From: Alphaproteobacteria bacterium
GTDB taxonomy: Bacteria; Pseudomonadota; Alphaproteobacteria; Sphingomonadales; Sphingomonadaceae
NCBI GenBank assembly: GCA_018828205.1
Contig: JAHJWA010000245.1
Span: forward strand, 1-39,602
Length of the DNA: 39,602 nucleotides
Direction of reading: 5' to 3'
The position numbers were made by a program, and so were the translations under genes. Below the pieces are notes generated by a model that saw only the letters and a list, made by a program, of their open reading frames with translations, searched no databases and was not told the DNA's origin. Below, in pieces: positions 9,916 through 17,825 of this stretch. Numbering within the stretch: the first letter of the stretch is position 1; every line of letters starts with the position of its first letter.

Positions 9916-10425
9916 CTAGTCGTAAACGACTGCCCAACCGCGCAGTTGCAAATTCGTAAGCGTCGTGAGCGCCGAGGCATCTATCCGCACGTTTGGCGCG
10001 AGATCGTCGGCGTTCAACTGCGCACGGTGCATTGCCTGACTGCAAATCGCTATCGTTACGCCGGCGTCTTGTAGCGCGGCAATCAGCGAGAGATTGGGGT
10101 TATTGGAGATATTCGCAACGATTGGCGTCGCAGGTCCGTGAACCACCGCAACGATGTTGGCCGCCTCTGGAAGGACGCCACCTGATGCAAGCAGGTTCAG
10201 ATAGCGCGCTACCTTTTCGAGCGAGCGATTGACCTCGCCCGGGGGGGCTGCTTCCGTGATGCTGAAGACGACCCTGTAACGCAGATCAGGATCGGGCTGC
10301 TCCGCGGAGCCATCGATCGGCGCAATATTGCCAAAGGATGGCACAGCTACGGCACGCTCCTGCGCATGTGCCGTGGAATACATCAGAATAGTGGCTGTGA
10401 GTCCTAACAGGTAGTGACGAAGCAT
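9916..10425 (-). CDS. Exported DsrE-family protein
   Basis: Signal peptide (TAHA/QE), YRVVFSI, VARYLN, VVHGPA, AICSQA with a single Cys, LQLRGW. Confidence 0.8.
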   Translation of the reverse strand: MLRHYLLGLTATILMYSTAHAQERAVAVPSFGNIAPIDGSAEQPDPDLRYRVVFSITEAAPPGEVNRSLEKVARYLNLLASGGVLPEAANIVAVVHGPATPIVANISNNPNLSLIAALQDAGVTIAICSQAMHRAQLNADDLAPNVRIDASALTTLTNLQLRGWAVVYD

Positions 10426-10469
10426 TCGAAAAGGGCCTCCAAGAATCCCGAGGTCGCTAGAAAACCAAG

Positions 10470-10497
10470 CTTACGGGCACCTTAAGCCTGCGCTAAG
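10470..10497. promoter_or_regulatory. Triple response-regulator box CTTACG-N5-CTTAAG-N5-GCTAAG in the divergent promoter
   Basis: Three hexamers at 10470, 10481 and 10492; contains TTA-N8-TTAA (10471-10485); PmrA/QseB/DsbR-type spacing. Confidence 0.7.
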
Positions 10498-10521
10498 CTC
10501 AAAGGCCGAGAAGGTTGCGAT

Positions 10522-11190
10522 ATGCGTATTCTGGTCATTGAGGACGACGATGTGCTGCGTGACGGGCTCTTCGAAGGGCTCGCACTGGAAGGCCATACGG
10601 TCGATGCGGTAGCGAATTGTGCCGATGCGCGCGAAGCGGTGGCGAGCTTCGCGCATGACGTCATCGTGCTCGATATCGGCTTGCCCGATGGCTCCGGCCT
10701 TGAATTGCTGCGCGAATGGCGCCTCGCGAGCCGCTCGACACCGGTTCTGTTGTTGACCGCGCGTAATATGACCGAAGACCGGATAGAGGGCTTGGACCTC
10801 GGCGCAGACGATTATCTCGGCAAGCCGTTCGATCTTGGCGAACTCGCCGCGAGGCTGCGGGCTTTGACACGCCGTGACCGTGGACGTGCGGATCCGACGA
10901 TACGCCTCGGGACGCTGGAGATCGATCCGGCTACACGCCGTGTCTGCGCCAAGGGCGAAACAGTATATCTCTCCCGGCGTGAATACTCAGTGTTGGAAGC
11001 GCTCACTCGGTATCCTGACCATATCGTCTCGCGCGCGCAGATCGAAGAGGCGATCTACGGTTGGAATGAAGAGGTCGGCTCGAACGCAGTCGAAGTGCAT
11101 ATCCACAAACTGCGAGCAAAACTCGGCCCTGACGTGATCGAAACGGTGCGAGGGCTCGGTTATCGGATCAGTTCGGAGCAAGGCGGATGA
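10522..11190 (+). CDS. OmpR-family response regulator (QseB/DsbR-like)
   Basis: MRILVIEDD, VLDIGLPDGSG, GADDYLGKPF, SNAVEVHIHKLRAKLG, IETVRGLGY. Confidence 0.95.
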   Translation: MRILVIEDDDVLRDGLFEGLALEGHTVDAVANCADAREAVASFAHDVIVLDIGLPDGSGLELLREWRLASRSTPVLLLTARNMTEDRIEGLDLGADDYLGKPFDLGELAARLRALTRRDRGRADPTIRLGTLEIDPATRRVCAKGETVYLSRREYSVLEALTRYPDHIVSRAQIEEAIYGWNEEVGSNAVEVHIHKLRAKLGPDVIETVRGLGYRISSEQGG

Positions 11191-12524
11191 CGTCGCTACG
11201 CCTCCGCCTTTTCCTGCTGATCGTTGCAGCGACTGCTCTGGTGTGGTCACTGGCGGCGGCTTGGACCGCCCTGAGCGCGCGAGACAATGTCGAGCGAGTG
11301 CTCGATGCAAGACTTCGTGAGGCGGCAGTGATGGTCGCTTCGCTTGGTTATGCGGACGGCGCCTCGTCGACCAATACCGTGCGTCCCGCACCAATCCCGC
11401 TGCCATCCTACGAGCGGCAGCTATCATGCCAGATCTGGTCTGTGTCCGGCAATCTACTCGGCATTTCCGAAGGAGCGCCGACGCAAGCCCTATCGGCGGG
11501 CAAGCGCGGATTCAGCGAGCCGGTGGTCGAAGGCGTCGCCTGGCGTGTCTACACTCATGTCGCGCCCGATACGGGAGTTACGATCATGGTCGGCGATACG
11601 TTGGCCGTGCGGCGGCAACTCATCACCGGCTTAGTGCAAGGTCTGTTAGTTCCCGCGATGGTCGGCCTTATTGCGCTGGCTTTCCTTCTTTGGATCGGCG
11701 TTGGACGTGGACTTGGCCCGGTGCGGCGGATCGCTGAGGCGATCGCGGCTCGCGAACCCGACGACCAGAGTCCGCTCGAAGTTAATCCAGTGCCGCGCGA
11801 ATTGGCGGCACTGACGCAGGAAATTGACCAGCTGTTCTCGCGAATCGAGCAGCTGCGGAGCGGCGAGAAGCGGTTTATGGCGAGTGCGGCGCACGAGATG
11901 CTGACGCCGCTGGCGGGTTTGCGGACCCATGCAGACATTGCGCTGCGCGCGAGAGAGGACGAAACCCGTGAGCGCGCACTCGAACGCATCCGGCAATCTG
12001 TCGACCGAACTGCGCGACTTGTCCGTCAGCTTCTCGAATGGTCGAGACATGATGCGAAGAGCTCGTCCCTCGGCGAAACCGCCGTCGTCGGCCCCGCCGC
12101 CGAAATCGTGCAGGAGGAACTGGCACACCTATTGGAGCGGCGCGACGTAAGGCTGGTCATCACCGATGCGGCACGAGCGCAGCAAGTGCCCATACCGCAA
12201 GAAGCCCTGATCATCGCATTGCGTAATCTTGTTGAAAATGCAGCATTGCATGGACCGAAGCCCGGTATGGTTACGATCGACGCCGAGCGAGAGGGCTTCG
12301 CGGTCACAGATGAGGGTGGCGGCATATCGCCTGAAGACGCTGCGGCGATGCTGGAGCCCTTTTCGCGTGGTTCGGCAACCAATCTGCCGGGCAGCGGGCT
12401 GGGACTGGCCATCGCGGCCGCGGCGCTCAAGCCGCGCATGATACTTTCTTTCGAGCAGACTGAAGGCGGCTTCCGTGTTAATGTGGAGCCCTCGTTTAGG
12501 CTAGAAAGACCAGTCACTGCCTAG
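11187..12524 (+). CDS. Sensor histidine kinase (QseC/DsbS-like)
   Basis: 2 TM segments, periplasmic YERQLSC(81)QIWS, H-box AAHEMLTPL, N-box NLVENA, G-boxes DEGGG and GSGLGLAI; ATGA overlap with the regulator. Confidence 0.93.
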   Translation: MTSLRLRLFLLIVAATALVWSLAAAWTALSARDNVERVLDARLREAAVMVASLGYADGASSTNTVRPAPIPLPSYERQLSCQIWSVSGNLLGISEGAPTQALSAGKRGFSEPVVEGVAWRVYTHVAPDTGVTIMVGDTLAVRRQLITGLVQGLLVPAMVGLIALAFLLWIGVGRGLGPVRRIAEAIAAREPDDQSPLEVNPVPRELAALTQEIDQLFSRIEQLRSGEKRFMASAAHEMLTPLAGLRTHADIALRAREDETRERALERIRQSVDRTARLVRQLLEWSRHDAKSSSLGETAVVGPAAEIVQEELAHLLERRDVRLVITDAARAQQVPIPQEALIIALRNLVENAALHGPKPGMVTIDAEREGFAVTDEGGGISPEDAAAMLEPFSRGSATNLPGSGLGLAIAAAALKPRMILSFEQTEGGFRVNVEPSFRLERPVTA

Positions 12525-12871
12525 TCGAATCGCCGAGGCCTATAAATATACCATCGGTGATGATGACCTTGTCGCCCTTGGCGGTAATAGCAAAAAGCCT
12601 GTCCCATGAACGGATCTGGCGCCACCACACAGCCGTGGCTGACATTGCCATTCTCCATTTCCGATCCTCTGTGAATGGCGATGCCGTCCCAGGTCAGGCG
12701 TAGTGTCCACGGCATGGGCGCTTCGTCGTAGATGCTCATCGGCACGCCGATACGGGGAAAAATATCGACGGGCGTGCGTGCGACCGACAGCAGCCCCGCA
12801 GCCGCGATGACGATCGCGAGCACTACATAGCTAAGTGGTTTGGCGAGCGCCGTGCGCACCAGCGCCACCAT
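12521..12871 (-). pseudogene. Chimeric relic: RND permease N-terminus fused to an L,D-transpeptidase (YkuD) fragment
   Basis: MVALVRTALAKP...RTPVDIFPRIGVP (AcrB/CzcA-type start) followed by IYDEAPMPWTLRLTWDGIAIH...SHGC (YkuD catalytic motif). Confidence 0.65.
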
Positions 12872-12941
12872 CGGTCCGACGTTGGCGGCGCGATAATCTT
12901 ACTCGGTTCGATCCTTCATAAAGCCTCAAAAGGCGCATGAT

Positions 12942-12958
12942 CTTAAGCAGAGCTTATG
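12942..12958. promoter_or_regulatory. Putative response-regulator box CTTAAG-N5-CTTATG upstream of the RND relic
   Basis: Same 11-bp-period repeat as at 9883 and 10470. Confidence 0.55.
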
Positions 12959-12977
12959 CCCTCGGCATTCAAGCAGT

Positions 12978-13110
12978 TGCACTGCTACCCAACCATTGAC
13001 CACTCGGGCCTGGAGCTTTCCGCCTTGCTCAGGTCCAGTGGGCTGGTTTCACCGGCTGAGTTTGCCAGCATGGCCGAGGGGATATTCCCGATCGCGCTAT
13101 GCGGTCGATC
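12978..13110 (-). mobile_element. IS3-family remnant (transposase C-terminus plus one terminal end)
   Basis: Minus-strand frame DRPHSAIGNIPSAMLANSAG...* (RPHSxxG motif of IS3 integrases), followed by ...GGGTAGCAGTGCA, a CA-3' end typical of IS3. Confidence 0.6.
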
Positions 13111-13167
13111 TTTGATCGGACCGCGTGCCGGGATCATGCTTTCGGCACGCGATCACCCGTCTAGACA

Positions 13168-13791
13168 CTATTGCGCCGGACCGCGAAAGGCGCACCAGCA
13201 GAATGCCTGCGAAGTGCCCCAGGGCGTGATATGGGTTTCGCGCCAGGTTTCCAGCAGTTCGAACGACGCCGGCATTTCGGCTGCAAGCTTTTCGGAGTCG
13301 TAACGAATGATCGGCAAGCCGCTGCACTTTTCCGGCCCGTCTGGTGCAAATGTCGCGATCAGGACGAGGCCATTTGGAGTCAGGCCCCGAAGCAAGGCCT
13401 GCCGATAAGCTGCCCGCTGGTCCGGTTGGACAAGAAAATGGAACACCGCGCGATCGTGCCAAACGTCATAAACGCGGGCAGGAACCCAATCCGTCATGTC
13501 GGCAACTACCCAATCGATCCGATCTGCCACACTGCCGAGCCGGGCCCGTGTCTGATCCAACGCCGAGGGAGCAATGTCGAGCACGGTGATGTCTTCCCAG
13601 CCGCTGTCGACAAGGGCATCCACCAGAGTGGAGGTGCCGCCTCCAATATCGATCACAGATGACCCAGGCGCTGCGCCGAACCGTTCTAACGCTTCGAGCG
13701 AGAGGGTTGGAACGGACTGGAACCAGCTGACTTCCGAGGACGCCTTCTCGGCATAGACACGTTGCCAATGACTCGGGCCAATATTGTCCAT
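13168..13791 (-). CDS. Class I SAM-dependent methyltransferase (TPMT/thiol-MTase-like)
   Basis: HWQRVY...VSWFQ, IDIGGG motif I, VLDIA, DVWHDRAVFHFL, GPEKCSGL; start MDNIGP. Confidence 0.85.
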   Translation of the reverse strand: MDNIGPSHWQRVYAEKASSEVSWFQSVPTLSLEALERFGAAPGSSVIDIGGGTSTLVDALVDSGWEDITVLDIAPSALDQTRARLGSVADRIDWVVADMTDWVPARVYDVWHDRAVFHFLVQPDQRAAYRQALLRGLTPNGLVLIATFAPDGPEKCSGLPIIRYDSEKLAAEMPASFELLETWRETHITPWGTSQAFCWCAFRGPAQ

Positions 13792-13826
13792 TTCACATCC
13801 TCTATTCACTCGTGAGCATAAGCCGG

Positions 13827-14450
13827 TCACGCGTTGCGCTTGCGAGCGATCAGGTCGATCAGCGCCGACTTGCCCGAATGGCCACGCCCTTCGTCGATCT
13901 CGGCGTCGTAGGCCTCCAGCAATTCGATTTCCCACGCCGAAAAGGCGCGGCGTAGACCGTCCTCCGTGTAAAGATTCTCGATATTAGGCGGCCCGCCTGT
14001 CCCGTAGACCAGCTGTTCTTCGCGGTAGCCTTCCAGCAGCAGCAAGCCGCCTGGTTTCAGCGAGCGGTGTATGCCTTCGAACATTTGCTCTCGTAATTCC
14101 GGGCCGGCAAACTGGATGAAGATGCCGACTACGGCATCGAAAGCGCTTTCGGGCCATTCCCATCCGGCGAGATCTACCCGCCGATATTCGACTTCGACGC
14201 CACGCCGCTCAGCGAGAGCTCGCGCTTTATCGAGCGCCCTTTCCGAAACGTCGGTCGCGACGACGCGATGTCCATGCTGGGCCAGGAACACGCTGTTTCG
14301 CCCTTCGCCATCGGCGATCGCCAGGACCTTCGACCCGGGAGCCAGGCGATGCACCTCGCGCGCGAGGAATGCGTTCGGTGCAGTCCCGAACAGATATTCG
14401 TCCGTCGCATAGCGCTCATCCCAGAAGGCTGCCTGATCCGGTTCAGCCAT
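13827..14450 (-). CDS. Class I SAM-dependent methyltransferase (TehB-like)
   Basis: FWDERY...YLFGTAPNAFL, ADGEGRNSVFLA, LKPGGLLLLEGY, GTGGP; overlaps the 3' end of the MBL-rhodanese gene. Confidence 0.87.
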   Translation of the reverse strand: MAEPDQAAFWDERYATDEYLFGTAPNAFLAREVHRLAPGSKVLAIADGEGRNSVFLAQHGHRVVATDVSERALDKARALAERRGVEVEYRRVDLAGWEWPESAFDAVVGIFIQFAGPELREQMFEGIHRSLKPGGLLLLEGYREEQLVYGTGGPPNIENLYTEDGLRRAFSAWEIELLEAYDAEIDEGRGHSGKSALIDLIARKRNA

Positions 14451-15795
14451 GTGCCGCTTTCCACGCACCCATGGAGCCAAGATAGACGTCCAGCTTTTCG
14501 AAGCCGCGGCTCGCAAGCCAGCCGGCAGCGACCGTGGCACGCATTCCGCTGGCGCACATCAACGTGTAGTGCTGTCCCGGATCAAGGTCGCGATATTGCT
14601 CGTTGAGTTCGCCCACGTAGATATGCTGGGAGCCTTCGATAGCGCCTTCTGCGCGTTCGTCCGCATCCCTCACATCAAGTAGCGACCAGCCACCTTCGTC
14701 GCTTTCCAGTCGTCGTTCGACTTCGTCGGTCCCGACCATGGGGATGGTTCGCATTGACTTGCCTTTGGCAGCTGCGGGAACGACGCCGACATAGCCGCCC
14801 TGGATATTGTCGAGCGCGATCCGCACGAGATGCGTCATGGCAGCTGCCAGCTGGTCCTCATCCGAAGCGACGAGCACGACGCTCTCGCCCTCACGTATGA
14901 ACCATCCCGCGAATGCCGAGATCATGCCCACCGGCAGGTTCATCGCTCCGGGCAGATGGCCAGACGCGAAGGCAAGTGGTTCGCGCACATCGACGAGGTG
15001 ATCTGCGTCGATGTTGCCAAGCTCCGACAAGGACAGGCGCCTGGGCCGCATTACGCGAGGCGCTGGCTCCCCGCCTTCTAGGTTCAGCCTTTCCATCAAT
15101 CGGAAATAGGGTGGCTGGTAGTGGTTTTCCTCCAGCTTGAAATCGATGAAGGCATCCCGGCTCCCGAACTGCAGGCGCGGGTTGTTTGCGCGCTCATGGC
15201 CGAGTGTCGAAAATTCCCGCTCCGCCATGCCCGAGCCGCAGACCGAGCCTGCCCCGTGTGCCGGATAGAGAATGACCCGATCTCCGAGGGCCAGGATCTT
15301 CTCCAGGGAATCGTAGAGAAGGCCTGCCACTTCGCGCTTGCGATCAGGATAGAAGTCCGTGCGACCGACGTCGCCGACGAATAGAGCGTCTCCGGTGAAT
15401 ACGCCGACCGGGCCATCGGGATAGGCGGTATCGTGCAGCACGAATGCAAGGTGATCGTCGGTGTGACCCGGCGTTTCCAGAACCCTGATTTTCATCTGGC
15501 CGATCTCGAACTCATCGCCTTCATGCACAGTCTCGGCATATTCGACCGTGCCGTCTGCGTTGGGACCATGCAGGACGCGCGCGCCGGTCAATTCTTTCAG
15601 GACAGGCGCGCCCGATACGAGATCCTCGTTACGGTGGGTCTCGAAAATATGGGTGATCTCCAGCCCTTCAGCGCGCGCCATTTCGACATAGCATTCGCAA
15701 TCACGGCGCGGATCGATGACGGCCGCCTTGCCGCCCGAACCGATCAGGTAGGATAGGTGGGACAGTCCCGGCGTCTTGATTTTCTCGAGCAGCAT
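14443..15795 (-). CDS. MBL-fold hydrolase with two rhodanese domains (CstB/type III persulfide dioxygenase-like fusion)
   Basis: IDPRRD, ETHRNED, TPGHT, FTGDALFVGDVGRTD, PAHGAGSVCG; Cys-less middle rhodanese; C-terminal rhodanese with CASGMRA loop. Confidence 0.87.
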   Translation of the reverse strand: MLLEKIKTPGLSHLSYLIGSGGKAAVIDPRRDCECYVEMARAEGLEITHIFETHRNEDLVSGAPVLKELTGARVLHGPNADGTVEYAETVHEGDEFEIGQMKIRVLETPGHTDDHLAFVLHDTAYPDGPVGVFTGDALFVGDVGRTDFYPDRKREVAGLLYDSLEKILALGDRVILYPAHGAGSVCGSGMAEREFSTLGHERANNPRLQFGSRDAFIDFKLEENHYQPPYFRLMERLNLEGGEPAPRVMRPRRLSLSELGNIDADHLVDVREPLAFASGHLPGAMNLPVGMISAFAGWFIREGESVVLVASDEDQLAAAMTHLVRIALDNIQGGYVGVVPAAAKGKSMRTIPMVGTDEVERRLESDEGGWSLLDVRDADERAEGAIEGSQHIYVGELNEQYRDLDPGQHYTLMCASGMRATVAAGWLASRGFEKLDVYLGSMGAWKAAHG

Positions 15796-15813
15796 AGTGC
15801 CTCCTTCATTTGG

Positions 15814-15846
15814 AAAAAGCGGGATCGGCGCGAACCGATCCCGCTT
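15814..15846 (-). terminator. Rho-independent terminator-like hairpin after peroxiredoxin
   Basis: AAGCGGGATCGG-TTCGCG-CCGATCCCGCTT followed by TTT on the minus strand. Confidence 0.8.
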
Positions 15847-15871
15847 CTAGAAATTCGATGAGGTATTTCGC

Positions 15872-16501
15872 TCAATCGATTTTTACCGTGCGTAGGTAGG
15901 GCCGAAGGGTGGTGAACCCTTGCGGGAAGCGGGTTTTTGCATCCTCATCGGAAACCGACGGGGGAATGATTGCCTCCTTGCCTTCGCGCCAATCGGCTGG
16001 AGTGGCCACGCCATGCTTGTCGCTGAATTGCAGGGCGTCGATCGCTCGCAGAATTTCGTCGAAATTACGGCCTACGCTCATCGGGTAGGTCATCGTGAGC
16101 CGGATCTTCTTGTTCGGGTCGATGATGAATACTGACCGCACTGCAGCCGTCTCGCTCTGGTCCGGATGGATCATGTCATAGAGTTTTGCGATCTTCAGAT
16201 CGGCATCGGCGACGATCGGGAACACGAGGTTCGTGTTTTGGGTGTCGTTCACGTCCTCGATCCACTTGGCGTGTTCTTCGGCCGTGTCGGTAGAGAGGCC
16301 GAGAGGCTTTACGTTGCGCTTGTCGAACTCGCTGGCGAGCTGGGCGGTGCGGCCCATCTCTGTGGTGCAGACGGGCGTGAAGTCGGCCGGGTGACTGAAG
16401 AAGAATACCCAGCTGTCGCCAGCCCAATCGTGCAGGCTGATCTCACCATTCTGGGTGTCGACGGTAAAGTCCGGGGCGGTATCACCAATGTGCAGGCTCA
16501 T
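15872..16501 (-). CDS. 1-Cys peroxiredoxin (Prx6 family)
   Basis: FSHPADFTPVCTTE, YPMSVGRNFDEILR, TPADW, YLR tail. Confidence 0.95.
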   Translation of the reverse strand: MSLHIGDTAPDFTVDTQNGEISLHDWAGDSWVFFFSHPADFTPVCTTEMGRTAQLASEFDKRNVKPLGLSTDTAEEHAKWIEDVNDTQNTNLVFPIVADADLKIAKLYDMIHPDQSETAAVRSVFIIDPNKKIRLTMTYPMSVGRNFDEILRAIDALQFSDKHGVATPADWREGKEAIIPPSVSDEDAKTRFPQGFTTLRPYLRTVKID

Positions 16502-16695
16502 GCAGATTTCCTTCCTTGGGGTTGGTGTGTCCTAAATAGAGCGTTGCAGCTAGATCAACCAATTCAAATTATCGATTGCATTAAATTATAAATCAATAAT
16601 AGGGGAAATGTCCTGAATTGACGTTGATTATCCGAGCGTGAGCCATAACAGTTTACGCTCCTATGTAAGCATGAAGTTCCTTGAACGAGCTTTGG

Positions 16696-16818
16696 TCAAA
16701 CTTTCAGCCAGAACCTGATTATGTAAGCGACCAGGCCCAGCACAGTTACACTGGCTAACCAGATCGCGGCCATCCAACCGAGCCGCTGCCAAAGCGGAAT
16801 ATCTTGGGAATCACCCAT
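16696..16818 (-). CDS. DUF2474-type small membrane protein (cytochrome bd accessory subunit)
   Basis: MGDSQDIPLWQRLGWMAAIWLASVTVLGLVAYIIRFWLKV; TGATG overlap with cydB. Confidence 0.8.
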   Translation of the reverse strand: MGDSQDIPLWQRLGWMAAIWLASVTVLGLVAYIIRFWLKV

Positions 16819-17825
16819 CAGTGATATCCTTCGTCTGCCACTTTGCCGCGGAAAACCCAGTAGGCCCATGCAGTGTAGGCAATGATGAGCGGCATAGTGA
16901 TTGCCACGCCCACCAACATGAATATCTGGCTGCGTTCGGGTGCGGCGGCGTCCCAGATCGTAAGACCCGGCGGCACGACGTAAGGCCACATTGTGACCCC
17001 TAGGCCAGCCATGCCAAAGAAGAAGAGCGCGATGCTGAGCCAGAACGGCTTGCTGTGCCTGTCCACAGAGAGAGCTCTCAGCAGCGCAATGGCGATCACA
17101 GCGGTGAGAATGGGAACCGGCGCTGCGAAGTAGATTTCCGGTGCAGTTAGCCAGCGTTCGGCATATTCTGCATTCAAAAACACGTTATAGAGGCTAACAC
17201 CGCCCATCAGGACGAGAGTTGACCAAGCTGCTTTTTTGGCGAGTGAACGCGCATGGTGCTGGCTGTCACCTTCCAGTTTCCAAACGAGCCATGTCGCGCC
17301 GAGCAATGCGTAACCGGCCACCGTGCCTAGACCGGTCAGCAATGTGTAGGGAGTGAACCAGTCGAACCAGCTTCCCGCATAGGATCGGTCGACGACTTCG
17401 ATGCCTTGTAACAGTGCGCCCAGAGTCATGCCCTGCGCCATCGCTGCCACCAGCGAACCGCCGGTAAAAGCCGCATCCCAGTATCGCCGGTGCCCTGGAT
17501 CGCGCCAGCGATATTCGAACGCCACGCCCCGGAACACCAACCCAAGCAGCATGGCGATGATCAGCGGATAAGTGGCCGGAAGGATGACGGCGTAGGCCAG
17601 CGGGAAGGCGGCAAAAAGGCCGCCGCCGCCCAAGACAAGCCAAGTTTCGTTGCCATCCCACACAGGCGCGATCGAGTTCATTGCCCGATCGCGCTCCGGC
17701 CCGACATCGAACGTCGGAAAAAGGATGCCGATGCCAAGGTCGAACCCGTCCATTACCACGTAGGCGAAGACGGCGAAGGCGATGATGAACGCCCAGATCG
17801 TCGTCAGGTCCACGTTAACGTCCAT
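16818..17825 (-). CDS. cydB: Cytochrome bd ubiquinol oxidase subunit II (CioB-type)
   Basis: YVVMDGFDLGIG, PVWDGNETWLV, FRGVAFEYR, YWVFRGKV. Confidence 0.95.
   Translation of the reverse strand: MDVNVDLTTIWAFIIAFAVFAYVVMDGFDLGIGILFPTFDVGPERDRAMNSIAPVWDGNETWLVLGGGGLFAAFPLAYAVILPATYPLIIAMLLGLVFRGVAFEYRWRDPGHRRYWDAAFTGGSLVAAMAQGMTLGALLQGIEVVDRSYAGSWFDWFTPYTLLTGLGTVAGYALLGATWLVWKLEGDSQHHARSLAKKAAWSTLVLMGGVSLYNVFLNAEYAERWLTAPEIYFAAPVPILTAVIAIALLRALSVDRHSKPFWLSIALFFFGMAGLGVTMWPYVVPPGLTIWDAAAPERSQIFMLVGVAITMPLIIAYTAWAYWVFRGKVADEGYH

Noticed and set aside
16653-16668. TTAC-N8-GTAA dyad downstream of the cyd genes
   Set aside because: Only 4-bp arms and no second copy found
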